DNA of 64,000 nt, taken from NCBI GenBank assembly GCA_050084985.1, contig JBITNC010000001.1, positions 111,414,001-111,478,000 of the forward strand, given 5' to 3'. Positions 35,635 to 48,490 of this stretch are shown one piece after another. Position 1 is the first letter of the stretch, and every line of letters begins with the position of its first letter. The position numbers were made by a program, and so were the translations under genes. The DNA is from Nageia nagi (Eukaryota > Plantae > Pinophyta). The notes under the pieces are model-generated. The model searched no databases. It saw only the letters and a program-made list of their open reading frames with translations, and was not told the DNA's origin.

Positions 35635-38600
35635 TGTTACACTAACATGCATTACTTAGAATACTTCTAAAGATATTCAAGCACTCTTTTGTCACCTCAA
35701 TCAAGATTTACAAAATGTACCAAGCATTCAAGATAACACAAGGGAGTAACATCCAATCACATTCATAGTTCCAAAATGAGAGCATTCACTATTCAATTAC
35801 TTCAAATACATCACATTCACAAATAGAGAGAACTTGCAAGCTTGAAAATATTAATTATCTTTATTTGCAAAATTGTTTAATCCCCTCAAAATGAGCCTCT
35901 TAGGGTTATTTATAGTTTCTCGAAGGAAACCCTAAGTGTTAGACTAACCCTTAAAATATCATTAAAATAATCTAAATCATTTATGAGTCCACCAAAATTG
36001 TGCCACCTAACATCATTAAATGCGGTCTTAACAAACAATAATAAAGTAAATTGCCCAAAAAAGGGGTGGCAATAAATTTGGCCAAAATATTCGGAAATAT
36101 AAAAATCTCGTTCAAACTAGGGTATGAAATGTCCTAATCCTTAATGATCACAAAAAAAAGCAAATCCACAAGCCAAGAGGGCTCAACAATCTCCCAACAA
36201 CAACGCCACGCCGTCCTCAAAGTTTTCTACCATGAATGCCTCCATCTTGTCGACGCCCATATTTATCACATTGAAGGTCTTGCAGTCCATGATACTCTAT
36301 CGGGAGATCTTATTCACAACCTACCTCATCTGGTACTCCCACACTGCAACTTTCTTTCTTCTCTGAAGGGATGTCCAACCTTCAGCATGTTCACGTCCTA
36401 GGTGCTAATCATGTGGCTCATCAAATGGTAGGCTTCCTTGGACACGAGGGTCTCCTTCCTAGCGATCCCAAAATCATCCAAAACGACAATCCCAAATACG
36501 AATTCACCCATCATGATCTTGATTTCCTCCTTTTCTTGGGCCACCGTTTAGCCAGCTCGTGACATCTCTTGTGGCTCTTTGGGCCCAATTGAAGTAGAAG
36601 CTAAAGTTGATGCAGTATTCTTGCACCACCAAGCTGTCCCAAGCCTTCCATCGCACTTCATATATTTCATTTTGAAGATCCTCTTGAAGATCACACTTCT
36701 CAATCAGCTTGAAGATCCTCCCTATCTTCACCTAAATCGTGGCTTGTTTTTGGATGAAAGCGGTCAGTTTTTCATAACACTCCTTCACCACTTCCACAAT
36801 ACCCTTTTTCAAATCTTCCTTTATCAACATCAAACCCATATTCAAAGAGGCTTTCTTCTTCAGGTCCTCTGGTTGCCATCGTGCTGCTTTAATTTCTTTG
36901 CAAAACTTGTTCCTGACAACCAGCACCTTCTTCAACTTATGGATTTCCTGCTCTTTCTTCGTCCCTTCTTGCCTGAAGGCCGAAGCACTTGTGTTGATGT
37001 TGAACTCATACCCCTTCAAGCATACTGGGCCTATCTCCATTTCTTGAGTCTGGATCTTCCAATCCTAGGCTCCTTGCAGCTTCTTGTGGGTGGTCACCTT
37101 GTTGATCATGATGGAAAAGCCCTTCAATTGAGCGAAGGTCCTCAGGTCCACAAGTTGGGAGCATTCTCCCTCAGAGGCCTCCTCAATCTCTTTGTCACTG
37201 TCATCCACCTGGTGAGTGTCTAAGTGCCAGAGGTATTCATCTAGAAAGCTAAAATCCTTCTCCCAGCTTGTGTTAACATTGGAAGATCCGAGCGCTGAAA
37301 CTATCTGCTTCACTAAGTCTTGCCTTTGTTTCTCGCGTTGCTCCACCGTAGTCTCTCCATTCACTTGTTCTCCAATCTGAGATGGGTTTTGCCTCAGCTC
37401 ACTAGGGGGTCTCTTTTGATGTAGAGGATTGGTTTGTCCTCAAGGCATAGGTGTCTTCCTGAGGCTTCTTTACGAGGTCAACTCGGAAGACTAGGGTTTG
37501 GAGGCCATAACTTCATTCCAAGGGATTTCTTCCAACGAACTATCCTCCACTTGGGCACCTCCCACCATGGGTTCCTCTTCTTCTATGTCATCCTGCATGC
37601 CTCCCATGACTTCATCCTCATTTGGACCTTGCTCCACCACATATTTATTGTTGTCTTTGGGAGTATCAAGGTTACCCACTGAGCTCGAGCTTTCTAGGTT
37701 TTCCACGAAGGGAAGTTGGGGTGTCTTTCTTAGGTATCTTTCCCTAGCTAACTCCTCCCGATTCAACCCCCCAAGGTGACATTGAGCCACTTGGTTCAGC
37801 TCGTGGATATCCTTCACTTGGGACTAAATAGCCTGTGCAACATCTCTCACAAACTGTCTTGGACCGGCCATGGTAGAATATTGCCTAGTGTGGTCCTATG
37901 TAGCATACGATTCTTCCACATTCTTGGAGCTTGATGGGACCGTCCGAGGTGACTTTTGTCCTCCATCCTGTTTGACTACTTCAACAAGCTGTGCCTGGGT
38001 ACTTCTCTTGCTCTCCTTTGTAGTCAATGTCTACGTTTTCTTGATATCCTCCAATCTTGTCACATTCCTAAACCTCTCTTCAAAGCCAAGAGGCTTATGC
38101 ACATACGGGGATCTCTTGAACTTCTCTATGAAGGCAGAAATCTTCCCCTCCAAATCATAGCTCTCTGCCCTAGGGAGTTGCTTGAACCCATAATAGCCCA
38201 ATTTGGTCTTAATGTTGTCCACATCTACCATAATGTGCACGCATATTCTCCAACTGTGATGGGGAGGGTAATGGTAGCAGCCTTCTTCTTCCACACTTGC
38301 TCATGCAAAAATGATAGCTAGTAGCAGAATTCCATCAAAATGAGTCTGTCGCTCACATGCCTAGGGAGCATGTGTGGGTGTACCTATGACCCGAACACCC
38401 TGATATAGGTGTAGGTGAAGTGATGCAAGTAGGAGTCGGCATGCCCTTTGAGGGCGTCAATAGCTGTGTTTGCCATTCTTTACACTTGTTCCTTCCCTTT
38501 GATTTCCTTGAGTATTTTGTACTCCCATCAGTCAATCATGTAGAAATGGGAATATCTGCTCCCCAAAAACCATTTTTGGTAACATTTCCAAATAGTTGTG

Positions 38601-40746
38601 CTTGGCTTGCTCAGCGAAGTGATGTCCCCATGGGCCATTGGCCTATTCTTGCCAACCAGATAGGAGTTCATGTAGAACCTCTTCGTAGTCTCACAAGATG
38701 ATATTTGGTTCTTTAGGCCTCACTTATAGCACGTCCCAATCTGATCTTCTTTCCCCACCCTATCAAGTATATGAAGGTGAAGAATTCCTTCCTAAATTTG
38801 GTGTCATCCTCCTTTCCCAACACTCTGACAACAAAGCTATCATCTTGGATACTATGGGGCAGAAATTCATCCTCTTCGCGTTCAACAAAGCATTCCCTTT
38901 TAGTTCTCGGCACTATGGAGGAGCCAATCCCTGATCAAGATCCCTTGGCCTTTCAATGATTCATAGAAGGCGAGGGAGTCTTCCTCGGTGCACTATATGC
39001 CATCTCCTTCCCATCTGAATGCATCTTCAACACCCTCTAGAGTGAATCTCATGATCACTTGGTCTTTAGTATCTCAGAGGGTCTTAGATCCCATGTCACA
39101 CAATTTGGCCACTTCATAACACAATTCTAGGAAGGGCACTACGAAGGGCATCATTGCGGCCGTGTACAATCCTAACCGGTAGATCACATCTTTAGCTAGG
39201 GCATCAGGAGCAATCGAGACCATCTTCTCCAACATCTTCACTGGATCAGTGCGCTGCCAATCAATGTCGTTGATATTGGCTAGCCTACTCCTAATGCAAG
39301 CTTCTGGTAGTGGGTCTTGCCTGGCTTTTCCAGCTCAATTGGGCTATCTTTCAATAGGCATTTCAAGCTTCGTCCTCAATTGTCATGACTATATCGGAGT
39401 ATTTCCATGTCGGTGTACCTCTTGGCGCTTATAAAAAATGGGTGTTATCTTGGTTGTCCTTGCCGTAGCTTGGATGCAGGATGCACTCACCTTTGATGCC
39501 CTAGATGGATTGAGTAGGAAGAGAGCAACTATGGACTGAGGAAATGAGGTGAGGCTTCCCCTTTTATATGTAGAGCCGGATTTTCTAGGGTTTTGGTCAA
39601 CCCTTTCTAGGGTTAGGTCGATCATGCCTCCTTGGTAAATGCACATTTGATTGTGGCACACTTTCTAAGGCATTGTTGCACAAAGTTCAAGGTTGATCAG
39701 CCTGGATGGGATGAGCGTAGGGGTTGGACGGGTCAAGAAAGCTATTTGGGCCAGGACATGCGCCATGGTGAGGGTCTAGTGCGCTGGAACAAGTGCAAGG
39801 GAGGTCATGAGGCTTGTCTTGTCCTGGATATGTGCTCAAGCTGGACGAGGGTTCCCAACACAAATCAAGGGGAGGACATGCTTGGTGTCTTTGGCTGGGC
39901 ATGCATTTTGCAAGGTGGGTTGAGTTTGGGCACATCTCTCCAAGGGGTCAAACTTGGTGTCTTGGGCCAAGGATGTGCTCAAGGAGGCTAGTTAGGGGCC
40001 AACACAAGTTGGAGGGGGTCCAAATTGGTTGTCTTTGGCAAGATGTGCACCAAAAATGATGAGGGGTGTCCCAGCACAAGTCATGATAAGGTCAAGACAG
40101 TTGTCTAGGCAGACATGTACGTCGGGGAAGACATGGATTTGGCCTGGCGTAAGCCTGAGATGGGTCATGAAATCTGGTCTTGTCTGGATTTGCACCAGGG
40201 TCTATGTTGTTCCATACTGGGGCAAATTTGGTCCTTGACCCTTTAAACCATCTTCTGGAGCCCTTGAGAGGCTAGCGCAAGCCTTGGGCAAGATATGCCC
40301 GGTGTCTTGAGTGAGATATGCACCCGAGAAGACAAAGGGTATGCTGGAGCAAGTCCCAAAAGGATCCTGGGTCTTGTCTTCATCTAGATGTGTGCCCGGG
40401 GAGACAATGCACATTTGACACTTAGCCAAAATTTGCCTTGCCTTTTGGCCTAGTCTATCTTGGTCCCCTTTAGACTCAATAACTGAGCACGTGGGGTGCA
40501 GTCATAGAGGCCAATATGAGGAGTGGCACGAGCCTCTACTTTTTCCTCCTTGCTTCAAAAATCCCCTTAGCAAAATAGTGGGTCCCCAAATTCGCTAAGG
40601 ATTTGGGGCATGTTGTGGAAGCCACAATAGAGTGGAGGGAAGAAAGAACCTCTAGTCTACTTTTGGCTAAGAAGTGATGTTTCTTAGTTCTAAGGAGACA
40701 ACGATATGAGCAATGTAGGGTGGTAGTGGAGGAGGACAAAGGATCA
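35635..40746 (-). mobile_element. 5.1-kb TG...CA unit with TSD TGAAT (giant solo LTR) carrying a long decayed ORF
   Basis: tgaat|TGTTAC...GGATCA|tgaat. Removing it rejoins the LINE frame (VLSFIHSLQY). No internal direct repeats and no gag or pol motifs recognised. Confidence 0.75.
36185..39440 (-). pseudogene. LTR-internal ORF (~1100 codons; stops and frameshifts)
   Basis: Minus-strand fragments RSRLANINDIDW..VPFLELCYEVA, YTYIRVFGS*VHPHMLPRHVSDRLILMEFC and FEERFRNVTRLEDI, then an acidic linker and coiled-coil C-terminus; TATA tataaaag at 39561-39568. Confidence 0.7.
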
Positions 40747-42777
40747 TGAATGAAGCTTAAGACAACATCAGTTGGGTTATCTCATTTTGTCAAGCCTCTG
40801 AAACAAAGATTGAAAGCCTTAAGTTGTCTACAACGTTCCTCCTCAAATTTCTCATTGATCGTTGTCACAATGTGCAAGGCAAGTTTATCACCAAAACTTC
40901 GAATTGTATCTGCCGAGGAAGAGGTCTACGCCTACAAATCATTTCCTAGGGATGCTTGAGTGTCTTTGTGGTTGAGTATCTCATTTTTGAGAACAACAAT
41001 TTCATCTTATATATTGTCAATTGTTTTGTAGGAGAACTCAATTGGTTTGGAGGAGAGTTTGAGTTTCAATGCAGCAACTTCAATTGAGAATGAAGAGGCT
41101 GAGATTGTGCATGCATCCATGTTCTTGATCTATCATGATCGTTTAGTTGGTTATGTAGTGCGAGAATGAGGAACTGCTATGCAAAGTTGGCTAAGAAGAG
41201 GGATGACAGTTGTTCTGACAATTCTCGGATCATTTTTTCCAATTTCATCAGTTGCTTGCTGTGAGTGAGGTATGGAATCTTAACTTTGGAGGAAATACTA
41301 CCCCATCACAATGGTGAAATCAGTAAGTTGTCAATCATGGCAATGGAGGTGTCCTATTTTTTTTACTAGTGTAGAGTCCATACCTACACAATTGTTATTT
41401 GATACAAGGTGAATTGCAAGACAGGGATGTGGAGGCCACCTTCTCTTATCCCCATAGTGCATTTGAAGAAGGACAAGTATGACGCTAGGTAACCCTATGA
41501 TTTTGCTTTAAAAAACAATGTCAATTTACTATTTTGCATAACTCATTAATTGGTTTTTTTTGGTATTTGTAGATTTATGGTGGGAGGAATTTGGCATGTG
41601 TATGCCCAATTTGCAGCACTTTGGAATAAAAAATTTATGTCAACCATGTAACACCTTAGGATGTGAGCACAATTGCAGTATGTTTGAATAAATTCACTAC
41701 AAGAAGCACAATAAATTCACAACAAAAGTTGAATGACCTTATGTTTATTTATTACAACCTTAGCCTCCATCATAAAAAGATTAAAGATCAAATACTAAAG
41801 CCATTGAATTAGATGAGATTGATCCATCATCTAAATGGATCATAAAACCACAGGAGCAGCATGAAAAGTCTCTTTTTAATGGATGATTTTGTAAATATGG
41901 TAGAGGAGTTAAAGGCAAAAGCACAAAAAGAGGCACGAGCATGAATATACAGAGAGAGGGCTAAAGCTTCAACTAAGGAAAAGGCGAAAGGCATTTCTAG
42001 ACATGAATAGATAGTGGGCCTATTTAGGCATTTGACACATTTTGTACCCTTCCATATCATAAGCAATACAAAACATCTTGAATTTTGGAGACATATTTTT
42101 TCTAACTAAAGTGTGTTTTGTCACTTTCATGTGTAATTTAAGGTTCTATAAAACAACAAATCACTTGTAGTATTAATGTTGGATTTATATAATGCTAATT
42201 AATTGTGATATGCATGAAAAAAAATCTAGTAAAAAATAACATTTTCTTCAAGTTGCTTTTTTGTCGAGTTCGAGTTGAAATTCAAGTCCCAATTTGATCT
42301 TGTCGAGTCTACACTGAGCCTAAGTTTCTCTTCTATGTTCCTAGTTTTTTTTTATCAAAAGTGATTCATCAATGGAGTACAAGAAGACACGAGTCTAAGG
42401 TACAACGGTTCAATCCAAACACATCAATAAAGGTGATTGGTCTAGAAAAGCTAGCTGAAGGGAAATGCAACAAACAAAGAAAGACCCCAACCATTGCCCT
42501 TTAATTACAAAGTCGCACAACCATGTGAAGCTTATCTTAAGCCATCGATAATTAAGAAATTATAATCCAAAGAAATGGTGGTATTCAGACCCAAGGGGCT
42601 ATATTACAATCGTAACGAGAAATGGTCTCTAGGACACAAATGTAAAGAATAGAGATATATTTTCTAAGTGTGGAGGCCAACCCACCCTACAAAAGTGATA
42701 GAAAAGTAGCCAAAAGAAGGCGACACCATCACATTGAGGTCCCTCGTATTTCCTTACACACCTTGGCAAGCATCAAA

Positions 42778-44913
42778 GTGTGAGTTTAGGATGACAAAAA
42801 TCCTCTACTTGTGGCACATGATCAGCCATGAGGGGGTACAGGTGGGTGAACGGAAATTAGTAGCCATTCAAGAGTGACCAGCCCCAATGTCCCTCACTCA
42901 GCTATGAGGATCTTTAGGGCTCTGTAATTACTACAGACGCTTCATCAAAGGATTCTCACACTTGGCCGCACCACTGACGCAGCTCACCAAGAAGTATGCA
43001 TTTTGTTGGAGTGATGAGGCTCAGGAAGCATTCGAGAGATTGAAAGTTGCGATGTGTTCTTGTCCATGCTTGGCAATACCGGATTTTTCAGCCCCTTTCA
43101 CGGTGGAGTGTGATGCCTCGAAATTGGTAGTGGGGACTGTACTAATGCAAAAAAGGCAGTCGATTCCATATGAGAGCAAAAAATTGTCTAGTTCAAAACA
43201 AAGCCTCAACGTGTATGATAAGGAGATGAGGCCATCATGCATGCTTTGGAAAAATTCAAGTAGTACCTAGTGTGCGGGCCTTTTGTCATACAGAGTGACC
43301 ATAATAGTCTGAAGTATTTGCTCAACTAGGCAGATTTGAGTGAAAAACAGCAGCGGTGGGTGAGCAAACTTCAATCATATGATTTTGAGACTCAGTATGT
43401 CAAAGGAAAAAAGAATGCAGCAGCAGATGCATCATCTAGACACTCCTCTTTCTAAGCACTTTCCTCCATTACAGCTGATTGGAAGAAGGACGTAATGAAG
43501 GAATACAACCAGGACAAGTTTGCATCAGGGATTATCAATGGGACCATCAATGAATGGGGGTACATCGTCAAGGAAGGGCTGATCTTAAAGGAGAAGTGAA
43601 TCTACCTAATTCCCATGTATGAGGTGAGACAAAAAATTCTTCGGGCACTCCATGATAAAGCTCTTGCAGGGCATCCAGGGTACAACAAAACATATCAGGC
43701 CGTTAGGGAAAGATTTGCTTGGAGAGGGCTAAAGAAGGACATCTGGAAGCACGTTCGGGAGTGCAACTGTTGTCAAGAAAACAAGGAAGAGTGTACTAGG
43801 CCAGGTGGACTGCTTCACCCGTTGCCCATTCCCCATCAAAAATGGGAAGACATTTTGATGGATTTCATCACATGATTGCCTAAATCTCAAGGCAAGGACA
43901 GCATTTTGGTGGTAGTGGATAGGCTCACAAAATTTGCTCATTTCCTAAGAGTAGCTACCACTCACACAATCATTCAAATAGCAGACATGTTCTTCAGAGA
44001 GATCTACAAATTAAATGGGCTACCCAAGAGGATAGTGAGTGACAGAGACAACAAATTCATGAGCATCTTTTGGCAAGAGTTGTTTCGATTGAGTGGGACA
44101 ACACTCACCCCAACACTAGATACCATCCACAGACTGATGGACAAATGGAAATTGTCAACAAATGGGTGGAGGGATATCTACGGCACTATGTGACAAGCCA
44201 GCAAGGGATGTGGGTCAAATGGCTCCACATAAGGGAGTATTGCTACAATACCACCTATCATTTGTCCATCAAAATGTCCCCTTTTTATGCATTGTATGGT
44301 TATGACCCTCCTAACTTTGCAGATCTGATTTTTGATGAAGGCAGGGAACCCATGGCTAATAATTTTTTGCAGGAGTATCGGGACATTATGAGGGTGTTAA
44401 AGGAGAATCTACAAATGGCACAAAACTAGCAAAAACGGTTCTATGATCAGCATAGAACCGAGAGGAGTTTTGAGGTAGGAGACATGGTATTTCTCCGGTT
44501 ACAACCATTTAGACAAACTTCCCTCAAGAAAAGAAAAGCAGAAAAATTGCAACCACGATTCGTTGGGCCTTACAAGGTGATACACAAGGTGGGAGAGGTG
44601 GCCTATGAGTTGGAACTACCCGAGGGAAGCCGAATACATAGCACATTCCATGTCTCATTCTTGAAGAAGGCTTTGGGATAGCAAGTGGCTTCATCTACGG
44701 TGTTGCCTCCTTTGGATGATGAAGGGTGATTGGTGCTTATTCCTGAGTGGGTGTTGGACATCAGAGTGAAGAAGTTGAGAACTAGGCAGGTTCAGGAATT
44801 CCTCATCAAGTGGAAAGATCTACCATCAGAAGACTCTACATGGGAAGGAGAGGAGATTTTGACACATCCATCATTGAATTGCTTGAGGGCAAGCAATTTG
44901 AGAGGGGAGGCAT
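42778..44913 (+). pseudogene. Ty3/gypsy chromovirus-type pol 3' half (RT end, RNase H, integrase, chromodomain) plus PPT
   Basis: FLGLCNYYRRFIKGFS, ECDAS, AGHPG..C..C, WEDILMDFIT, IVSDRD, YHPQTDGQ, GPY and FLIKWKDLPSEDSTWE; PPT gagaggggagg. Confidence 0.92.
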
Positions 44914-46130
44914 TGTAATGCACCCATTCCGAAATGTATTGGGACCCACTGGGTCAGTTGTAATATGGTAGAATAGGTGTGATTTCCATGGTTATTATTG
45001 TAAACTCGGGATAGGAAATAAAGACCATGTGGGCCCCATTGTGAGCCCCAAAGTGGGACGATCCCTCTTGAGTGTAGAATAGGCATATTTTATTGTACGG
45101 AGATCCTGGAATGTGGGAATCCCAATGCTAGCAGCTAAAATGACTTGGACAGACTCCTAGTAGCTAACGTCTAGTTTGGAGGGTTCCACACCCCCCAACG
45201 TTGGCATCCTGGCTCATCATGTCTCCCACGTTGGCACATTTGGCCATCTGGGACCCCACGTCAACCTCAAAGGGGCTTAATATCCCCAACGTTGGCTTAC
45301 TGGGCTCTTATGACTCCACATTTGACCAATTTGACCAGTCATACCCCAATGTTGGATTATAAGACTAATTATGGTGATTTCAAGGAGCTTAAGCCAAAGG
45401 AGGTTATAAAAGAGCATTGAAGGTCTCATTCAAGATAGCTTTTGATTACTTTACTCTCTTGACATTTACTTGTACAGACCGATGGTCTCAATAGACTTAG
45501 TGGCGCTAAGCAACAATCCTAGACGAGTCATCTAGAGGGCTATCAGGTAGTGGGATCCCGGAAAGCTAGGCTGAGTAGGTTACTTGGCACATCCGATGGC
45601 ATCTGAGGGCACGCATCTACCATTCGAGCGGTTCACCAAGCTACGAGGAGGGTCCCTTCAATGGGGAGGATTCGGAGTTCTGAGGGTGCGGGTCTTATCT
45701 CGAGGTTCGAGAGGTTGTAGTGAGGTGTTGTATGTGCCTGGTTGGCTCGATTGAGGCCAACGTCCAACTCTGGAAGTTGAGGAATTGTAATTTAAGACAT
45801 CATTTGTAATACAATGCCCTATTGAGACTAGATCTCCATTTGTTGTGTTCCAATTGCATGTTTATGTTGGTTTTCCAGTGGTTCATTGTAGTAAAGAGAT
45901 CCTTACATGTATTTAGTGTTCATTGTATAAAATATTGTCAATCTGGGCCTGACGTAGGGAGTGATTAAGGTGATTAGAGTCCAAGAGGGTTCATGTCATC
46001 CATTAGAGGGGGTTTTGAGACAAAAGGGTGCAACATTTACTAGGGTTTGGCCGCTGGATGCAAGTTGGAAGCCCTAGTTGGTCGCGGAACCTGGTTTTTG
46101 TTTGCGTGTCTATTTTTGGCGCATTTCACA
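44914..46130 (+). repeat. 3' LTR (~1.2 kb) of the chromovirus-type element
   Basis: TGTAATGCACCC right after the PPT; homologous to solo LTR 56418-57616; TATA near 45405. Confidence 0.85.
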
Positions 46131-48490
46131 AATCTAGAACGTCCACCCCAAGGCACTAAGGAAGCAAGTGGTGGTACCTTGGCCACACTTTTTGGTGCGT
46201 CCAAGTACCTGACCATCAAGGTACCAGGAAAAGCGGTAGGAGAGTGTGATAGTGCTAATTGATGATGGGGCAATCCACAACTTCATTGATGAAGGTTTTG
46301 TGGCCAAAAAGAAGCTTCAAGCGATTCAAGGTGACAAATGCAAATGGACATATCTCACTTTGTGACAAAGTGGTCAAGCAATTGAAGATCAGCCTTGGAG
46401 ATTATGTTGTGACGGATGATTTCTAGGTCTTTCCGATGGGCAGAATCCCTCACATGGTGCTTGTAGTACAATGGTTGTATTCTTTAGGTGAGATTTACTC
46501 CAACTACCAAACGTTGAAGCTAAAGTTCAAATCTGGTGAACATGATGTCACTTTGAGAGGTATGAAGGATCAGTACCCTCAACAAATGACCTCAAATAGA
46601 ATGGAGAAGATGTGTGATGGCAGCAATGTTTGTGAGGAGAGTCCTACCTCAGATCTGGTGAAGGATGTGTTGGATGAAGATCACAACATGCAGAATGAAG
46701 TTTGTTCCATTGACCAAATTGAAGAGATTGATCTTGAAGACAAATCAGAATTGGTATTGTATGGATCTGATTTTGCTGTAGATGAAATAAAAATGTCAGA
46801 TTTATGGGGGCATGGAGTTGTTCTTAATCAAGGACCAGGTAAGGAGGATGAGGTGGGTGTTAAAAGAGAGGTGTATGAGACTTGGAACAGACACGGTAAC
46901 ACTGTAAAAAGGTATTAAATGAATTCTGATTTTCAAATGCATTCTAACAACAGTTTGTTAATGTGGCATAGTTTTGACTTTCATGAGGACATTGGGATAA
47001 AGTCAGGAGAAGAGGGAATGCAATTCTTTAAGAGTTGAAGGGTTATATCTGTTGAAACAACAAACCAAAGATTGGTCACCTATGGTTGTTTTGAGACTTT
47101 GATGGCATTGATGCAGTGTGGGCTGCACTGACTACAAAAAAGATTGCTGCAGCTGCGTTTGGGACTACAATCTTGACAACAGCGGAATTTTTAGTGATGC
47201 TTGGAGCAGCATTTCTGATGATATTTGTGACTGCGATGCTACTGATGTTAGCTGCATTACTAATGATGTTTTGGACTGCACCTTTCAAGATGTTTGGGGC
47301 TGCATTTCTAACAACGTCTAGGCCTGCATTCTTGATTATTACAGTTACGTATTTCATGTTGTTTAGGACTGTGATGGTTATGATAACTAAGACTGCAGGA
47401 CCTGTGTGCTCTATGAAATCAGCGTTGGTGAGGATGATAGGGGCTGTCCTGCAAAGTTGGATGCACAAGGGACAAGTTGGGCCTGCAAGTGGACTGTCAA
47501 TACTATCTCAGATCTGTTACTTGACTGTCATTTATATTTCAGATATGTTTGGTTGCTGGGATTTGAGTTGTTTAGTGCATTATGAGTCTCTATTGTCAGT
47601 TGGGACCATAACAACTACGTCTTTGTTTATGGTAAGGGCTGATATGTGCATACATGAGTTGACAGATTTCATATATGCTTATTTGTAGCACATGAAAGAT
47701 GACAAAGATGTGGTAAATCTGTAAATGTAATCTCTCATATTTGCATGATGCACAAGAAACATAATGTTTGCTGCTATATTGATGATTGGGATCTTCATGA
47801 GTGGAAGGTGGACGTTGTTGGCATACTCCTAGGGGGAAAATCCTCTTGCAGCCTACTAGTCACTAAAGGAACATTGATACTTAGTAATGAGAGAAGGAGC
47901 ATTCCATGAAAGTTTAGGAATGCAAAAGGTAAAGGTAATGCTGCTGTTATCTCTGTACTCAGTCATCACATCAGCCTATTTGAGTTTTTGCAAGTGGATA
48001 GGAGAAAGGTTAGCAGCATAACTAGGAGCTCTACCAAGCTAGTGACCTTTAGAATGATATTTTTAGCCAAGGAAGTGATCAGAAGCATCAATTCTGATCA
48101 AGTTTTTCAGAGCTGCAGCGGTTATTTTGCTGTTGGGATGCTGTATTTTGAAAAATTAGAATTGGACAGCTATGAATTGGGGCAACTTCAGCCTAATCAA
48201 CTCGCTGGTTTCAAATACCTTCCAAGACCAGGAGGTTGTGAACAAAATCCTCATGTAGATGGACAGTTTCAGGTATTATTTGCAGATGTATGAATTTTGA
48301 TATCGAAGATGTGGAGCCAAAGTTTGTTATTCCCAACTACTTTCCAACTTCTAGAAGACCAAGAGGCTATGCACATGGAGATGATAACAAATGTCGAAAA
48401 GAGCAAGACCTCGGAGATATTGTTGTCATTGTAGAAGCTGCACATGCAGTTCTGAATTTCTTAAGGACAAGCAATTTGGGAGGGGTGGAC
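46131..48490 (+). mobile_element. non-autonomous gypsy internal region: protease, then low-complexity/24-bp-repeat sequence instead of RT-IN, then PPT
   Basis: VLIDDGAIHNFID protease motif near 46250 and VQWLYSLG. Ends NFLRTSNLGG with gggaggggtgg, paralleling the 44880-44912 PPT; LTR-like sequence follows from 48491. Confidence 0.65.

Larger units (their letters stand above)
33880..41300 (-). mobile_element. LINE remnant: ORF1 coiled-coil at 40750-41150, RT at 33900-34900
   Basis: RT motifs HTLAKLYATI, FVEFK*AFDTI and GVK*GCPLSQTLFGVYI; ORF1-like EERCRQLKAFNL. Interrupted by 35635-40746. Confidence 0.75.
32298..42337 (+). mobile_element. second hAT transposon remnant, split by a LINE that is itself split by the 5.1-kb LTR unit
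   Basis: Transposase fragments at 32390-33875 (FWYFSDIPLNVARSPYW, IMDNA, WTPCAIHCL) resume at about 41320-41950 (WWEEFG, GCEHN, YYNL). Outer boundaries approximate. Confidence 0.75.

Noticed and set aside
36579-37223. 214-aa plus-strand ORF
   Set aside because: Antisense shadow (L/F/H-rich) of the minus-strand K/E-rich LTR-internal ORF.
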